Below, piece by piece: positions 35,765 to 47,587 of a stretch of 64,000 bases of DNA (the stretch's first letter is position 1; each line of letters begins with the position of its first letter). The notes below the pieces were generated by a model, which saw only the letters and a program-made list of their open reading frames with translations, was not told where the DNA came from and did not search any database. Location: contig OZ218953.1 in NCBI GenBank assembly GCA_965112735.1, forward strand, positions 186,001 through 250,000. Direction: 5' to 3'. Source of the DNA: Phaeosaccion multiseriatum (taxonomy: Eukaryota; Protista; Ochrophyta, other classes). Made by a program: the position numbers and the translations under genes.

Positions 35765-35945
35765 CTCACTATGAGGTGTGGGCAAGAGACAAGAGAGAGA
35801 GGGAGAAAAGGATGGACCACGGAACGAGAGACTGTTCATTTTCTTGCTACTTCCCCTCTCGTGCTGCTCATAACATAACTTGTACACACGCTTCTATAGG
35901 AGTTACTCTTGCTTATATACACTATTGCCTGTAGACGAGGAACCG

Positions 35946-37220
35946 CTAAGGCTTCCACGAGGAGCCGTACAGCTGTGTCTCTGACTCTCCGTGGAGCTCC
36001 TTCTTCTTGGGCACCCCGTCCGAGTTGCCTCCCTCACGGTCCCTAAAGTTGACGGCGTCACCCTTGATATCGGAGATGCCAACCATGGGCACGCCCAAGG
36101 CGGTCGAGACCTCTCCGAGGATCTTGGCGTCTCGGAAGTGCGTCACGGCTCTGACAATGGCCTTGGCGCGCTTCACAGGGTCCTCCGACTTGAAGATTCC
36201 GCTCCCCACAAACACGCCATCCATCCCCAGCTGCATCATGAGCGCAGCGTCCGCGGGAGTGGCCACCCCGCCTGCCGCAAAGTTGACCACAGGCAGTTTG
36301 CCGGTGTCGTGCACCTCCTTGACGAGGTCATAGGGGGCCTGCATATTCTTGGCCACCACAAAGAGCTCGTCCTCCGCCAGGGCCTGCACTATGCGGATCT
36401 CCTTCATGACAGTGCGGCAGTGACGGACAGCCTCCACCACATTCCCTGTCCCCGCCTCTCCCTTGGTGCGGAGCATGGCCGCTCCCTCGGCAATACGGCG
36501 CTGGAGAAGCAAGACGCGGGAGTGTCAGGCCAGTATCTCAGGATAGCAGCAGCAGAAGCGGCAAGAGCGGCAGCTCAAAAAATCTAACTTACCAGTGCTT
36601 CCCCCAGGTTTCTGCAGCCGCACACAAAGGGCACGCTAAAGCTATTCTTGTTGATGTGGTTGTCCTCGTCCGCCATGGTGAGAACCTCACTCTCGTCGAT
36701 GTAGTCCACCTCAATGGCTTCCAGGATCTGCGCCTCCACAAAGTGCCCAATGCGCGCCTGTGCGGGCGGGAGGGAGAACCAAGGTGCGGGGCGTAGTTAG
36801 CCCCCCTCCCCAGGCACCTCACAGAACAGAGTAGATCCCTCCTCACCTTGGCCATGACAGGGATTGACACTGCCTCCTTGATTTCGTTGATCATGCGGGG
36901 GTCCGACATGCGAGCAACACCCCCATCCCGGCGAATGTCTGCGGGAATACGCTCGAGAGCCATGACTGCCACTGCGCCAGCCTCCTCCGCGATGCGCGCC
37001 TGCTCCACGTTCACGACGTCTGTCGGGGGGGCGGCAAAAGGGCTGAGGTTAGCCACCACCTCACATTAGGATCAAAGTCCTCCGCATTTGCCTTACCCAT
37101 GATAACTCCGCCCTTGAGCATCTGAGCCAGGCCCGCCTTCACCCGAAAAGTGCCTGTGAGCGTGCCGGTAGGAGCGCCGTGCCCGTTGGCCTGCCCGTTT
37201 GTGCTTCCATTCGCCGCCAT
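35946..37220 (-). CDS. PDX1: Pyridoxal 5'-phosphate synthase subunit PDX1, 4 exons
   Basis: [76 protein letters not shown]. Confidence 0.97.
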
Positions 37221-37468
37221 TGCTGCTGCCCAAAGTATTGGAGGTGTGAGGCGCTTAGTAAGAGAGAGTTACAGAGGGAGTTAAGAGCTGCGGGAACCGC
37301 ACCTAGGCTGTAGGAGTGCACAGTAGTTGCAGTGGTGCGGTACGGAAGAAGCAAGCAGAGATCTTTCTCCCTCTGTATGCAATGTGTTGTGCCGCACCAC
37401 AAAGAATGACTACAGCCAGATGGCAGTGGAAGGCTAAATGACTCAGGATCGGATCGGGCATCTTTCTT

Positions 37469-39521
37469 TTATTTTGGTATGGGGTAGCTATTTAGGACGG
37501 GCGCTTGGCAAGACGTGCACCACTGGGGGACAAAGGACCTCTTGGTCATTGGGTCCAGGCCCACCAAGCCCAAGTACTGCTCCAAGGGGCGCACGGGCCC
37601 TTCCCCGTACAGGTCCAGGTGGTCCAGCAGACTCGTGGGGGAGATGACCTCCGAGGCGGACTCGGGGTACCCGACCACGTTCTTGACGCGCTCCACAACG
37701 AGGGCTTGGATCTTGTTGTGGATGCCGGGCTGCGGGATTTGGGTTCGGGTGCAAGACTGAGATGGGGGCGGCGGCGGGTTGGGGGGGGGGGGAGGGGTAC
37801 CCGCTTCCTACTGCTCACCTTCCCGAACAGCCTTCCAACGGTTTCCCAGAACTTTGGCTTGTGTCTTCTGACGTAAATGTGGGAGACCATGTTCCTGGTG
37901 GGGGAGTAAATGTCGTAGCCCCACGTCCACAGCCGCAAACTCAGCAGAATCTCCTCCCCCATGAAGATCCACGGCACGTAAGGGTCGTACGGCGCCACTG
38001 CCAAGAAGGAGGCGTGCGCAAAGTAAAAGCCCGCCCCGACGAAAGCGGCGGGACACGGCGTGTCCTTCATCTCCGAGTCCTTTGGGAAGCGAGGTACGGG
38101 AGGGAGGGGGGTAGGTAGGTACGGGGGGAAATGGTGTGATGCATGTAGGACGGTAAAGGGGGGCAGCCCAGCTTCCTACTTACCCACTGCTTGGCGGAGC
38201 CGAGGCGAACGATTCGCGACTCAATGACGGTTTCCGAAAAGACGCCGCCACAGATCCTCCATCCAGGCAAATGGCTCGACTGCACCGTCGTGCCGGGCGG
38301 GTAGTGGCTCAACACACTCCTGCAGCAAACACAGCGCGAGGGGCAGGGGGTGGCACATGAGCTCTCTGCTGTCGAGAGAAAGAGGGGGACAACCATGCAA
38401 ACTAAAGCGCTCTTCCTACTCTGCGTACTTGGGGTAGGAAGGCGTGCTCTTCATGTCCCGGATGTACTGCGTGTCCCAGCCCTCTTCGAAGAGCATGTGC
38501 GCGTCTATCTGCATGAAAAACGTCTCGCCCTGCCACAACTTGCTGGCAAAGTACCGCGCCACCGCGGGCCCCAAGGACTCGCTCTCGTTGACAAAGAAAT
38601 TGGTTACCTTGCTGCAGTACTCCTTTCCTGCCTCACTGTTGCAGAAGCTGCGCATTGGTTTTAGGGGGGGGGGGGGGGAAGATTCGTGTTAGAATATCGT
38701 AAGGCGGGGTGGGGAGGGGGGAACGCGTATCCCCAACGACACGTACTCCTGGTAGCAGTCTGGGTCCCCTTCTACCGCCTCGATGGCTCCTCCCTCAAGA
38801 ACTCCGCTCTTGCAGTCTTCGACGCAATTCTGCTGCACGAGGCCGATAAAGACCTTACTGGGGTCGGCGGCTTTCGTATATATTTCCTGTTTCGGGGCAT
38901 TGGAGAATGCTGGCGGTGAGCCGGCGTCTGCTTGCTGCTGCTGAGGACAAGTCGACTACTCTCACCTCAAGGGTATTGGCACAGTTTTCGTCTCTGTACG
39001 AGGCCACGCTCACAAAGATGCTATCGTCTGTTCGAACGGGAAATGTCCCCCAGCCCGCGCTCTTGCGATCCAGTGGGAGCAGCCACCTATGCGTTGATGA
39101 TTTCCACTTGATGGATGAGACGACCAACGCGATCCACAACCATCAGCCAGCAGGGGGGCACTCACTTGTCTGCAGCCGCTCTGTATGACCTCCATACTTC
39201 CAGAGGAGTGGGACCGTCCGGCATGGTGGCATACGTGGTGTGCAGCTCGTCCAAGAAGGCCCTCATGGCCGTCACTATCTCCGCCAGGGACGCTGCGGGG
39301 GGGCGCTGGACAGCAGGACCTCCTCTGCCCCCCCCCTCGGCCGCGCTAGGCGTCTCCGCCCGCGGCTTCCCAACGTGCTCGAGCTCCATTCGAATATTCT
39401 CCAGGCCCTTGGGCAGCAGGGTTAACGTAACTACTACCCAGACGCCGGCAATCACTCCAGCGAGTGCGAAGATGCCCCATTTCGACGACGAAGACTCGTC
39501 CTCCCGACGTCTCCGCTTCAT
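37469..39521 (-). CDS. GT60-family (GlcNAc) glycosyltransferase, type II membrane protein, multi-exon
   Basis: SIFVSVASYRD, GPAVARY, QIDAHMLF..GWD, VLSHYPP, PYDPYVPWIFMGEEI..RLWTWGYDIYSP. N-terminal TM helix. Confidence 0.88.
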
Positions 39522-41150
39522 CTAGCCCCTCCTCCTACTGGTGGCTCTGCCACTCTATACTATACTTCTATCGACATGTACAAGGGGAGGAGGAGCAGCA
39601 GCAGCAGCCGCAGCAGCAGCTGGGAGGAGGGAGGGGGGAATGCGCTACTGTCCTGCGCGCTTCTACCCTCGTTTGGGGGGGGAACTTTTTCCCATTTTAC
39701 TATTACCACTGTGGTGGACTTGTGTGGACAGACACGCGTAGGCTGAAGGCCTCACTAGAGGGCGGGGAGCTGACCTCCGGTAGCCAACAGAGAGATTAGC
39801 GTGCACCGCGGCGGCGGTGGCAGGCGTGGCTTGCATTGCTGTCAAAACTAGGCCGGGGGAGGGCCCATTTTGGGGGTGGGGGCTGGAAAGGCGAGGAGAG
39901 GAGGGACGGGCTATCGGCATCGGCCCCTGTCCACGCTGTCCCCGAAAGCTATAGAAAGGTTCGCACATGCTTGGTTTCATCTTTCTCGCTAAGCTGCTTT
40001 GGATAATTCAGTTTCCCCCTTCCCCCCCCCCCCCCAACTACTTCTTGTCGCTTACGGCGGCCCCCATGGCTGTCCCACCGTTCTTTGTTGCGCAACATCT
40101 CTCCGCTTGTGTACTCAGAGCCCAAGCTTTCCACCGATCGCTGAACAGCGAGAGTTATCACACGAGGACCAGGGTGGTCTCTTTGGAGAGGTGGGTTTTG
40201 GCTGGCAGGGAAGAGAGAAACTTCAGATTTGGGCCTTTGACACTAACACATTTTGTTCCCGGCTCTTGATCTTCCATTCATGTGCAGCTTGGCCTATCTC
40301 TTTTTTCTTTGTTTGGATAATTAACTTTTGATGCCCTCCCCTCATATTTGTGATCTCGCACTCCTCCTCGCTTTCCCCTCCCAGCATATCCCGACTAGGA
40401 AAGAGGCCGTGGCGAGGACCTTCTACACCAGTAGCAACAGTGGGGCCGGGAAGAACCGTGCGAGCAGCTTTTTGTACAGCCGTAGCAGCAAGAACATTCT
40501 ATATGATATTTAAGGGCATTCAAAGGGAAAAAAAAGGGGTTGCAAATCGACAGCTCAGTCAGCAGAGCATATAAAGCGCATCAAAGCTGTGCATTGTCAT
40601 TGGTGAGGGCCTAGCGGTGTATGTGATGTGGCTTACTCTATTGGTCGAACCCTCTCTTCCCCCCCGTTTGAGGGCCAAAATTACTGCCACAATGGGTGCA
40701 GGGCACTTTGAGCGGCATACTCTGGCCCCGAAGTTCCTGCAAGGACACTCTGAGCATCTCAGCAGCATCATCTCAGCACTATACACTCCCTTGTCTCTTC
40801 AAAAGTTTCGCCTCTGGTGCTCTGTAGTCGTAGCTCGCTCTATTGGAGCCCAAAATCGCGCCAAAAGACCCATCATATTTCGCCGCTCAACTTTCTCCAC
40901 ACAGCTCCCTCAATCGCACTTTAAGCCGCCCACCACCGATTAGACGATGTAGATCGTAGCTGTCCCGCAGATCTTCGCCTGTGGTGCTCTGTAACGTGTA
41001 CACCCCCACGTGCTCTGGGCGCCAAAAAGGGCTTCCATTTTCCCCTTTCCCCCCTTTTAATATTACTTTTACCAATGATCAGCCGCCCCCTACAGTTGTG
41101 TAAGAGGAGAATTAGAGGCAGCCACCCAACGAAGGTAGAAGCGGGGATGG

Positions 41151-42295
41151 ATGACTGTAAAGCCTAAGAATGGGAGGAGGAGGAGAGGAAAGAAGACTCC
41201 GCCAACCACGGCTGCTGGGGAAATTGAGGGAGTAGGAGCTTCTTCCGCCATCGGGTCAACCATGGTTCTGAAAACCGCCTTGGCGACCGCCCTTGTCATA
41301 GGCGGGGCTGTCGCGTTCGGCCTGGCACCGGTCGAGAAGCCGCTCGTTCCTCTGGGAGGCAGGTCGACTCAGTGGGAGCTTCTCGGAGAGTACCCGCACG
41401 ACGCTGAGGCCTTCACGTGAGTCCCGGTCATCCTTCCTCCTCCTCTCCTTCTCTCTCCCGTCTCACAGAACAACTCCTCTCAGCCAGGGTCTCGCGTGGA
41501 GTAAAGGGCAGCTTTACGAGAGCACAGGCCTAAAGGGCGGGCGCTCGAGCGTGAGAAAGGTGTGGCTTGAATGAGAATCTACAGGCGCACTGCTATACCG
41601 CTAACCCAGAAGCGAACCCCCCCCAAACAGGTGGATGTCGAAACAGGCAAGGTGACTGCGATACGGAATCTGGAAGCCCACTACTTTGGAGAGGGTATGG
41701 TGGTCCACGACAACACGATTCATCAGCTGACGTGGCAGTACCGCGACGGCATGTTGTGGGATGCCGATACCCTGGAGTCAACAGGAACGTTCAAGTTCAA
41801 TACGAGCAATGGCCAGGGCTGGGGCATCACCTCCGACGGATCTGAGCTGATTGTGAGCGATGGAAGCCAGTACCTTATGTTCTGGGACCCTCTCACGCAC
41901 GAGGAGTCAAGGAGAGTGGAGGTCGTTGTCGGGGGACGGCCCCTGCGAAAGATTAACGAGCTTGAGTACATTGAGGTGAGAGAGGGGAAGAAACAAGCAA
42001 GAATCGTCAGTACTTCGGGGAGACTCTCCCGCTAACCGCCCCCCACGCACACACACAGGGCTACGTGTTTGCCAACGTGTGGTTTGACGACAGGATTTAC
42101 AAGATCGACCCGGTGCAGGGCAACGTCATCGACGTGTACGACTTTAGCCAGCTCTACCCTAGAGAGGTCATGCGCGCTGAGATCAAGTCGCGAGAGGCTT
42201 GCTTGAACGGTATTGCGTACGATGGAGAGGAGGGCGTTCTCTACCTCACCGGCAAGCTGTGGCCAAAGCTGTACAAAGTTCGATTGAAACCCTAG
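41151..42295 (+). CDS. Glutamine cyclotransferase (plant/bacterial beta-propeller type), 4 exons
   Basis: YPHDAEAFT-QGL, YESTG, FGEG, QGWGIT, SDGS, NELEYI, ANVW, LNGIAYD, TGKLWP. Confidence 0.94.
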
Positions 42296-42306
42296 GACCC
42301 TTCCAA

Positions 42307-43795
42307 TTACTTCCCATCTAATCGCATTGCCTTCGAAAGGCTACGGCTTGTTTTGCCGCTGCCGCTCCGTGGTTTAGCTGGCCGCCGAGGAGCTGTTGGC
42401 TGCTGGCCTTTCGGATGCGTTTCTCCTGGGGAAGGCGCAGCCGCACGTGGAGTCGTAGCGGCCTTTTTGCTCCTCACGCCGTCGCTAGCCCTGACCTTAC
42501 ACTCCCGCGCTTGCTGCCCCGGCACGACGAGCGTCAGTGACCCCTTTCCGGCAGCACCGCCTGCCGCGTGTTGCCGCCTCCCAACCTCCTTCCTTTGATG
42601 GTTTATAGGAGATAGATAGGGGAGAACGCCCCGCTGCTGCTGCGGTTCCTGCTGCTGCTGTGGGTGCTGCTGGCCCCATTCTGCTTCCCCAGCCCCCCCC
42701 CCTCCCCCTCCTCCCATGTCACTGTCGTCGGAGTCCGTTTCGGCGCCTTCATTTCGTTCCCCAAAGATTTCCTCCATGGGGGGGAAGCTGTCCAGCAACT
42801 CCTGGTGAATGGCTTGTGACTTGGCCTGACCTGGATCGCACAAGTCCAGCACCGCCTCGCACAGGTGGTGGCCCATCTCCTCAAAGTGCCGGGTGTTAAA
42901 GTGGAGGCCGTTCTCTGGCCCTTGATTGCACCCCATGAACGAAGCTTCCATGGTGTAACTGTTGACAATGCCCAACTGCTGCCGCACGACGACGCGTCCA
43001 CAGCCCTCTTTTCCCTTAGCCACTTCGAAGGAACAGTCTCGCATGCTGAAGGAGCTGTGGCAGGGCGTTTGGGGCGGGGTGGGGGGATTGAGTGTAGTTG
43101 GTAAAGTGGGGGCCAGGGCCCTGTCGCTGGTGAGTCACCCACCTGCACGCTCGGCTCAAGAGAGTTGGAAGAACCCTCTCTTTCAAGTAGTACTTCCCAT
43201 CGGTCAAGTTCTCGCATCCGTAGCAAAAGATGTTTTTCTTCTTGCTGTGTCCATGCATGTCCACAAAGAGCACAATCTCGCGGCCCGCCTTGAAGTTAGC
43301 CATCATTTGCTTGAAGAAAAAGACCTCTGGAAAGATATCGCGTTGGGGCGCGGCGTACTGTCTTGAGGAGGGGGAAGAGAGTGTGTGTGTGTGGGGGGGG
43401 GGGGTCGCTCAGGGGGGAACACCATTTCTTCTCGGACTTGCAAGGAATTCCATACCTGTTAAGGTCCTCCCCGGACAGGCTGCAGCGGTAGTTCCCAACG
43501 ACGACTCCATCAGGGTTTAGCATCGGCACAATCTTCCAGCAAAAGTGCTGCCTCAAACTCGCCGCCTGCAGCGAGTCGCCGATGAGAAAGTCGATGGCAC
43601 CCTTCATCATCCAGCTGCTATTTGTCTCCCCTGGGTGGACCCTCGAGGACAGCACCACGCCTTGCTTGGCGCCCCCTCCCTCTGCCGTGATGGTCAGTAG
43701 GTCACACTCGTTGCCCGCTATGGTTCGCGCCAAAGACCGCCGTCGGAAAAAGGGCTGAGCGGAGAGTCAAGGATTAGTGCTATACCTTTATCGAG

Positions 43796-43827
<32 letters not shown>

Positions 43828-44946
43828 CCTGCCCCCTCACGCACCTTTGTGAGCGGGTCGTGCTCCAGCTTGGTCAAGTAGCGCTGCAGCTCGGTGTATC
43901 GGTACGGAAAGCAGTGCGCAAAATAGACTGTGTCTTGCGGCACCTCGGCGTCATAGCAAAACGTCAGCGTATAAAAGGGCTTCGACTGTGTGCCCACTTG
44001 GTTCTTGAAGTACGCAATCTCGGCGCCTGCGCGGTGCCACCCGACACCATTCTCGGCCATGGCCTCGCTGTACACGAGCGGCTGCACCAGACCAGGAGAG
44101 GTTGCGCGTCAGATGCGAAGTGACAGCCTGCAGTGAAAGCAAAGACCACCCACCTGCATGCCGCAGCTGTACACACTCTCGTTCTTCAGCATGTTTTGGA
44201 TGTTGAACTTATACCTCCTCCCCGCCTCAAAGCCGCACACCCGAAAGTAGAACCACTGCGTGTGGCGGTCCGTGTTGATGTCCAGCGCCAGCCTCAGGTT
44301 ATACTCCCATGTAGACACCTGAGTCCAGGGGATTGGTTGTGAGATAATCGCTGGGCCAGCTTTATCCCCCCTGCGACTTCGACGACGCCGCTTGCCTTGT
44401 GTGCGCTCCGCAAATTTCCAGACTCAAAGCGGGACTCAAATAGACAGGTGCTGTCGTCCGGGCTTTTGGGCGCGTACCACTGAGGGAAATCCGCCGAGGC
44501 AACCGGGCCCTTGACCCCAACCCAGTCCCCCACGCGGTCCGGATGGGGGTGCAAAGAATCAAATACCAGCTCGTCGCTGGCCTGGGAGCCCGCGCGAGAC
44601 GCGTCCAGATGCACCTCACGGCTAACCAGCTGGGCCCCAGAGCGAGAGCGACAGGGAGCGACAGAGCAGCAGTGTGTTCAGGGAGGAGAAGAGGCAGGCC
44701 ACTAGATTCAGGGAGGAGAAGAGGCAGGCCACTAGAAAGAGGGACCTATTACCTGCTCGGAAGGAGGCGCGATGGTGGGCTCGGGCGACGGGGGCACATC
44801 AATGTGCTCGGGCGAAGGCCATATAAACGCCCGGTCCGTGCCCCTTTGAGGTAAAACAGGGTTTGGGTTAAACTCGTGTGGACGTCAGCTTGGTTTGCAA
44901 AGAGCACTCACCAATGAGGAACGTCGTCTCCTTGCTCGCCCTGCAT
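42307..44946 (-). CDS. Cytosolic carboxypeptidase (M14D, Nna1/AGBL tubulin deglutamylase family), multi-exon
   Basis: FESRFESGNL, QWFYF, YFAHCFPY, RVHPGETNSSW, PMLNPDGVVVGNYR, DMHGHS, SYTMEASF. Confidence 0.93.
44677..44736. repeat. 30-bp tandem duplication within an intron
   Basis: TTCAGGGAGGAGAAGAGGCAGGCCACTAGA occurs twice in tandem. Confidence 0.85.
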
Positions 44947-45096
44947 GTCCTACATCACTTTCTTTCATTGAAAACCTCATATCAACTGCCAACAGAGTAA
45001 GTCAGCAAAGCAATAAGTCAGTGGGAGGATTCATCAAATCCGACATCTCATATACTCCTACATCTCATCCCCTGCCCTCCCCGCGTGTGTCCTCTT

Positions 45097-46110
45097 ATGA
45101 TGGAGTTGCTCGTGTCTTCCGCGCTGGGCCCTCGGTCTTCGTTGCCGTCGTTCTTTGAACTGTTCATGACGCAGCAGATCCAGCTGAGCCTGAAGCCTGC
45201 GGCGGCTCACGCAGCCTCAGTCCTGGCGAGGCCGGCCCTGTCCGAGTGGTTCGATGAGATTTTCGCGCTTGTGTCCTTTTTCGTGGAGCGGAGTTGCTTG
45301 GCGAGCAACGGCTGCCTCCTGGCTGAAAGCTTTTACGGCTTGCAGAGGGCCAAGCTGGCGCGGAGCGGCTGCAGCTACGAGGCCGCAGAGGCGGAGATGG
45401 AGTGTGTGGGGAAGGGACACGAGCGGTGGGCGCTCCTCGCGGCGGTGCTCCTTCCGTACCTTAAGTCAAAGGCCGACAAGCTGAACGATAGGCTCCTGCG
45501 CCGCGGCCGCGCGTCTGAAGAAGCAGAAGACCAACAACATCGTCGGAGGGTGCAGCGTGTGTTTGTGATGCTGTACCCCATTCTGCATGCCTCGTATGAG
45601 GCGTCTTTTCTGCTGTATCAGTGCATGTACCTGCTCCGGCTGTCGCCCTTCTTCTCACCAGTGCTGCATGCCCTGGGGCAGGTCGTCAGACGGAGCAGCA
45701 GCATGGTATCGAGCAGCAGCAGGAGCGGAGGCGGCGGCGGGGGGGGGGGTATGGGAGAGGGGGGGCTTCGAGACAAGGCAAAGCGATACGGACAGGCTGG
45801 ACTGGTTTCCGCTATTGTTTTATTCAAGGTCATGGAGTGGTGGACAACGGCAGACGCCGTGCAGGGCACTTTGCGTCGATCGAGGAGCACACCCGTGCCC
45901 GCTCCCGCTGCCGGTGAGACGGCGCCGTACCGTGCCGACCTTTGTCCCCTCTGCGTGCAGCCCCGCACAAATGCGACACTCTGCAAGGTCTCTGGCCACG
46001 TCTTTTGCTACAGGTGCATCAACGCGCACCTCCACAAGCATGGTAGGTGCCCCGTGACGGGGACGAGGAGCGGCAGACAAGACCTCCTCAAGCTCTTTGA
46101 CGAGGGGTAG
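45097..46110 (+). CDS. PEX12: Peroxisome assembly protein PEX12
   Basis: PSFFEL, SLKPA, FDEI, AESFYGL.R, LPYLK.K, FKVMEWW and RING CPLC..SGHVFCYRCI..GRCPVTG. Confidence 0.92.
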   Translation: MMELLVSSALGPRSSLPSFFELFMTQQIQLSLKPAAAHAASVLARPALSEWFDEIFALVSFFVERSCLASNGCLLAESFYGLQRAKLARSGCSYEAAEAEMECVGKGHERWALLAAVLLPYLKSKADKLNDRLLRRGRASEEAEDQQHRRRVQRVFVMLYPILHASYEASFLLYQCMYLLRLSPFFSPVLHALGQVVRRSSSMVSSSSRSGGGGGGGGMGEGGLRDKAKRYGQAGLVSAIVLFKVMEWWTTADAVQGTLRRSRSTPVPAPAAGETAPYRADLCPLCVQPRTNATLCKVSGHVFCYRCINAHLHKHGRCPVTGTRSGRQDLLKLFDEG

Positions 46111-46492
46111 GCCGTTCGTGGGTTGGCCTTTCGTGTATGTAAATATAAACACTCTACTTCCGAGGGTGTATTTCGAGGTCGCCTATGCTGCGTCTTGCTT
46201 GGGGGGGGCGCGGGCGTTGACTCAGTGACACTCAGTCAGTCCCAGTGAAAGACGTGGCCGAGCGTGAAGCCTAGAAGGGGTGACGCTTCAGTCGGGCCCA
46301 GTGTCAATCAAGTCCAACTCCAGGGGGGGCTGCTGCGGATCTCTCCCCTCGCGCTGCCCCCCTACGCTTGTTGATGCCCCTCGTTTTTCTCAATTGAGGC
46401 CTCTTCGGCAGCAAATACACGGAGCACAAGGCCAGGGGCACGCGTTGATCGCTCTCGAGCAAGCAAGCGAGAGTAGGCCTTCTGTAAGCACA

Positions 46493-46524
<32 letters not shown>

Positions 46525-46590
46525 CAGCGGGACAATGAGCTCTCCTTAGCACTTCCCCCCCCACACGCGATGCCGACCCCCTTGTCGGAT

Positions 46591-47455
46591 TCACAAGAGC
46601 TTCTTGGACTTGAAAAAGCGTTTGAGGCACGTAATTTGCCACACACAAACTCCCACCAAGACGACGACAGAAAAGTAGCCGAACAGCGACACTCTGTTTG
46701 TAACGCTCTGGCTGGCGCTTAGCAGCCCCGCCTCCCTCGCTCTCGACCCCTCCAAGTTGAGGCTGATGACGCGAGTCGCTTCTGTGGCCCTCTGGAAGAG
46801 GCGCTCGACAGGCGTGTTCTGTGTCTCCGCTGGCTGCTGCTGCTGCTCCTGCTGCCCTCTTCCGCTCGACACCAAGAGCTCCGCCAAGTCTAACGTGTGC
46901 TGGCCTGGACGACGATGATTTCTCCTGCCAGCACTCTCCAGGCAAATCTCCCATAAGCCCGACTCGGTCGCCACGAAGGGCATCGGCCGCAGGATTGTGT
47001 CATACGCTAATGTCGTCTCCCTGGCCTCCTCCCCCTTTGGTGTTGTCAGCGATAGGTGCAGAGGGGAACGGCCACCGATGATATCTTCATCACTGCGTGG
47101 GATAGCTCGAGCAGAGATGCTCGCGGGGATGCCTGAGGACAGAGAAACCAGAGCAGAGCAGAGGAGAGAGGTTAGGAGGAAGGGTGCAAGCCCCTTTTTT
47201 GGGGGGAATGCTACAACGACTTTATACCTTACCTTTGTACAGAATCTCCGTGACACACCTGGGAGAGAGGGGGGGGGGGGGGGAAGGGCGAGGACCTCAT
47301 AGGTTAGAGTCACAAATTGTGGAGGGGGAGGGAGGGAGGGAAGGGAGAGAAACAAGCACAACTCACCTAACGGCCCCAGGTCCGACTTTCAATATCAGTC
47401 CACCCCTTTGATCCCCATCTGACCCCAGCTTCCTCTCCTCGCCCTCTTCCCCCAT
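46591..47455 (-). CDS. p24/emp24 (GOLD) family protein, 3 exons
   Basis: GLILKVGPGAVR-CVTEI, ESGLWEICL, coiled coil, TNRVSLFGYFSVVVLVGV TM helix and tail LKRFFKSKKLL. Confidence 0.85.
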
Positions 47456-47587
47456 TTAGCTTTAAAATTGAGGAGGAGGAGGAGGGGGTGCGGCGGTTCG
47501 CGGTGACGTTACTTTTAGACAAACCAACGATGGCACTTAAAGGGTGTAACATAACAAACTTCTTCCCTCCCTCATTTCACCGAGGCG

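Noticed and set aside
40795-40830. Kinase YRAPE motif on the minus strand
   Set aside because: Isolated, flanked by stops, with no other kinase motifs.
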